Below, one piece after another: positions 62,294 through 64,000 of a stretch of DNA of 64,000 bases. This DNA comes from an uncultured Bacteroidota bacterium (GTDB taxonomy: Bacteria > Bacteroidota > Bacteroidia > Chitinophagales > Chitinophagaceae): positions 118,591-182,590 of the forward strand of contig CAVQGO010000018.1 in NCBI GenBank assembly GCA_963712045.1, given 5' to 3'. Each line of letters opens with the position of its first letter. Within the stretch, counting starts at the first letter, position 1. The translations under genes and the position numbers were made by a program. The notes under the pieces were generated by a model, which did no database searches, was not told the DNA's origin, and saw nothing but the letters and a program-made list of their open reading frames with translations.

Positions 62294-64000
62294 ATGAAAG
62301 CAGATTTAATACATATCAGCAAAAAGATTGACTTTGAAAACAGTTTCAAGTCTGTGATCTCATTTAAAAAATTTATTGACTTTTTAAAGTCAAGTATTCA
62401 GTCTGGGCCATCCATCAAAATTCCTTACTTTAAATGGATCATAAAGAAGTTCAAAAAATTTCCAGAACTCTCAAACAATGTTCCGCTTGAAAAACTGAGC
62501 GAATATGAAGAGATGCTGGAACTGGTTTCTACCTGCCTCCTGCCCCTGGCGGCCGACGAGAATAGTTTATGGGCGCTCAGCAGTCCGCTATCCCCGCAAA
62601 TATTTTACAGCACCGACGGATTTCATAAGTTAATGGGGCATCTTGAACACCCGGTTGTACTGGATCCCGCAAAAGGAAATGCGGATAGTGAATCTGAAAA
62701 AATCATGAGAGAATTACAGTACGGCATGTTGCTTGAAAAAGTATATTCCTTACCGTATTTAAAGAAGACCGAATGGATCCGGAAGTTTGAAGATCCGGAT
62801 ACGGGGCTGGATAAATATTTCCAGGTACATATCGACACACGTTTTATCGATATCCGGCCCATTAATCAATTACCGGCAATGGATTGCTCTTCCATGTCGC
62901 CTGCCTCTGTATGGGGGGAAGAATTCAAAAAAATACAAAAGTCGATTCAACTGAACCAATTCGAAGCGAGGGGATTCAGTATTATTACACTGATCGATGT
63001 AACGGCGGAGCAAGCCGTTGAACAGCTTGGAAAGCTCGTGATCCATCATTCTGAAAAGGATAAACGTCCGTTATTTGAGGATATTACACATGCTCTGCAA
63101 ACCGTGGTCGGCAGCAGAGATTACCAATTCGGACTTGTTCCCTTCCTTTCAATTAATGATCGTCCCGCATTGATTTTTGACAAAATTCCATATAGTATCA
63201 TTCTGCAGGCCTGCAGGAACTTCGATGTTTCAAAAAAAGAATTTTCTAAACTCAGGAATGATTTTACACTCAATCCAAGAATGATTATTTGGACAGCGAC
63301 TGACAAGGAAAGCCAATTGCCCGAATTTGTGGGAAATGCTTTCCGGCAGACAGGAATCGGTACATATATAATGTTTCCGATTTTTCACAATGAACAGGTT
63401 ACCGGATTTTTCGAAGTCAGCACTATGGCGGATAATTCCATGTTGAGTGAGGGTCAGATGGTGCGACTGAAACCTGTTCTTTCTATCATGACGCAGCTGA
63501 TACAGGATATCATTGCACGTTTTAACCATAGCATAGAAAATATCATAAAAGAAAAATTTACCAGTATACAACCCGCGGTTCAATGGAAATTCAATGAGGC
63601 AGCCTGGCACTATCTCAGGGATCATAGTAATGAAGAAGAAGTAGAAACGGTAGAAAATATAATTTTTAAAAATCTACACCCGCTATATGGAGCTGTGGAT
63701 ATCAGAAATTCTACCATTCTCCGCAATCAGGCTCTGGAAAAGGATTACACTATTCAGCTCGGGACTTTAATCAATGCACTGTCTTCCCTCAATTACTACG
63801 AAAAACCACAACTGGATCGTCTCCTGACAACGGCCAATAATTGGCAGCAGATCATTCAGGAAACTTTAACGACACAACAGGATGTCAGGCTGAATGAATT
63901 TTTTAATCTGGACGTTCAATATGAACTTGAAAATCTTCTGCATGCTGAACCTGAAACGACCGAATTCCTGATACCTTACTTCCAATCAATTGATGAGGAA
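62294..64000 (+). CDS. GAF-domain protein with a cyclase-like motif (3' end outside window)
   Basis: ATG at 62294, open to the right edge (569 codons). GAF-type hairpin GIGTYIMFPIFHNEQVTGFFEV (63353-63418), then EKFTSIQPAVQWKF and LYGAVDIRNST. Confidence 0.75.
   Translation, partial: MKADLIHISKKIDFENSFKSVISFKKFIDFLKSSIQSGPSIKIPYFKWIIKKFKKFPELSNNVPLEKLSEYEEMLELVSTCLLPLAADENSLWALSSPLSPQIFYSTDGFHKLMGHLEHPVVLDPAKGNADSESEKIMRELQYGMLLEKVYSLPYLKKTEWIRKFEDPDTGLDKYFQVHIDTRFIDIRPINQLPAMDCSSMSPASVWGEEFKKIQKSIQLNQFEARGFSIITLIDVTAEQAVEQLGKLVIHHSEKDKRPLFEDITHALQTVVGSRDYQFGLVPFLSINDRPALIFDKIPYSIILQACRNFDVSKKEFSKLRNDFTLNPRMIIWTATDKESQLPEFVGNAFRQTGIGTYIMFPIFHNEQVTGFFEVSTMADNSMLSEGQMVRLKPVLSIMTQLIQDIIARFNHSIENIIKEKFTSIQPAVQWKFNEAAWHYLRDHSNEEEVETVENIIFKNLHPLYGAVDIRNSTILRNQALEKDYTIQLGTLINALSSLNYYEKPQLDRLLTTANNWQQIIQETLTTQQDVRLNEFFNLDVQYELENLLHAEPETTEFLIPYFQSIDEE

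Noticed and set aside
972-63625. Numerous 60-220 aa ORFs antisense to or overlapping core genes (e.g. 4968-5636, 29272-29937, 55584-56102)
   Set aside because: They are fully nested in conserved genes, have no recognisable motifs, and are expected by chance opposite long coding frames.
1-64000. tRNA, rRNA, transposase, integrase or prophage genes
   Set aside because: No cloverleaf, rRNA-like tract or mobile-element protein motifs were seen by eye. tRNAscan-SE/Infernal would be needed to exclude small RNAs fully.

Overview
Core-genome window from a Bacteroidota organism, probably Chitinophagaceae-like. This is inferred from TAnnTT(T/C)G -7 promoter boxes, the lack of Shine-Dalgarno sequences and the protein types. 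It contains: a Lys/Ala-rich histone-like gene (cut by the left edge); rplKAJL; a stand-alone rpoB; the thrABC operon with an unannotated Thr/Ile-rich leader peptide; ppc; a cell-envelope cluster that includes a catalytically dead M1 peptidase homologue; ispD, an rfaE-like kinase, an APC permease and ompH; and rpoC, which lies about 21 kb from rpoB on the opposite strand with its own promoter and terminator. It also contains a MocR regulator with a twice-repeated operator; leuACDB; ilvD-ilvB-(methyltransferase)-ilvN-ilvC-ilvA behind a classical Ile/Val/Leu attenuator; and gltBD. At the right end is a tight four-gene cluster: an HD phosphohydrolase fused to a Pycsar-type TM effector, an SdiA-regulated-like lipoprotein, a metallophosphoesterase/kinase-like/Omp85 barrel fusion, and a GAF protein with a cyclase-like DIRNST motif. 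This cluster is the best candidate for an undescribed nucleotide-signalling system. About 14 single-base frameshifts (12 insertions, 2 deletions), including two in essential rpoC, are best read as sequencing or assembly errors. Many intergenic gaps carry degenerate 7-, 8- and 11-bp tandem arrays, some as inverted pairs. I saw no rRNA, tRNA, CRISPR array, transposase or prophage.
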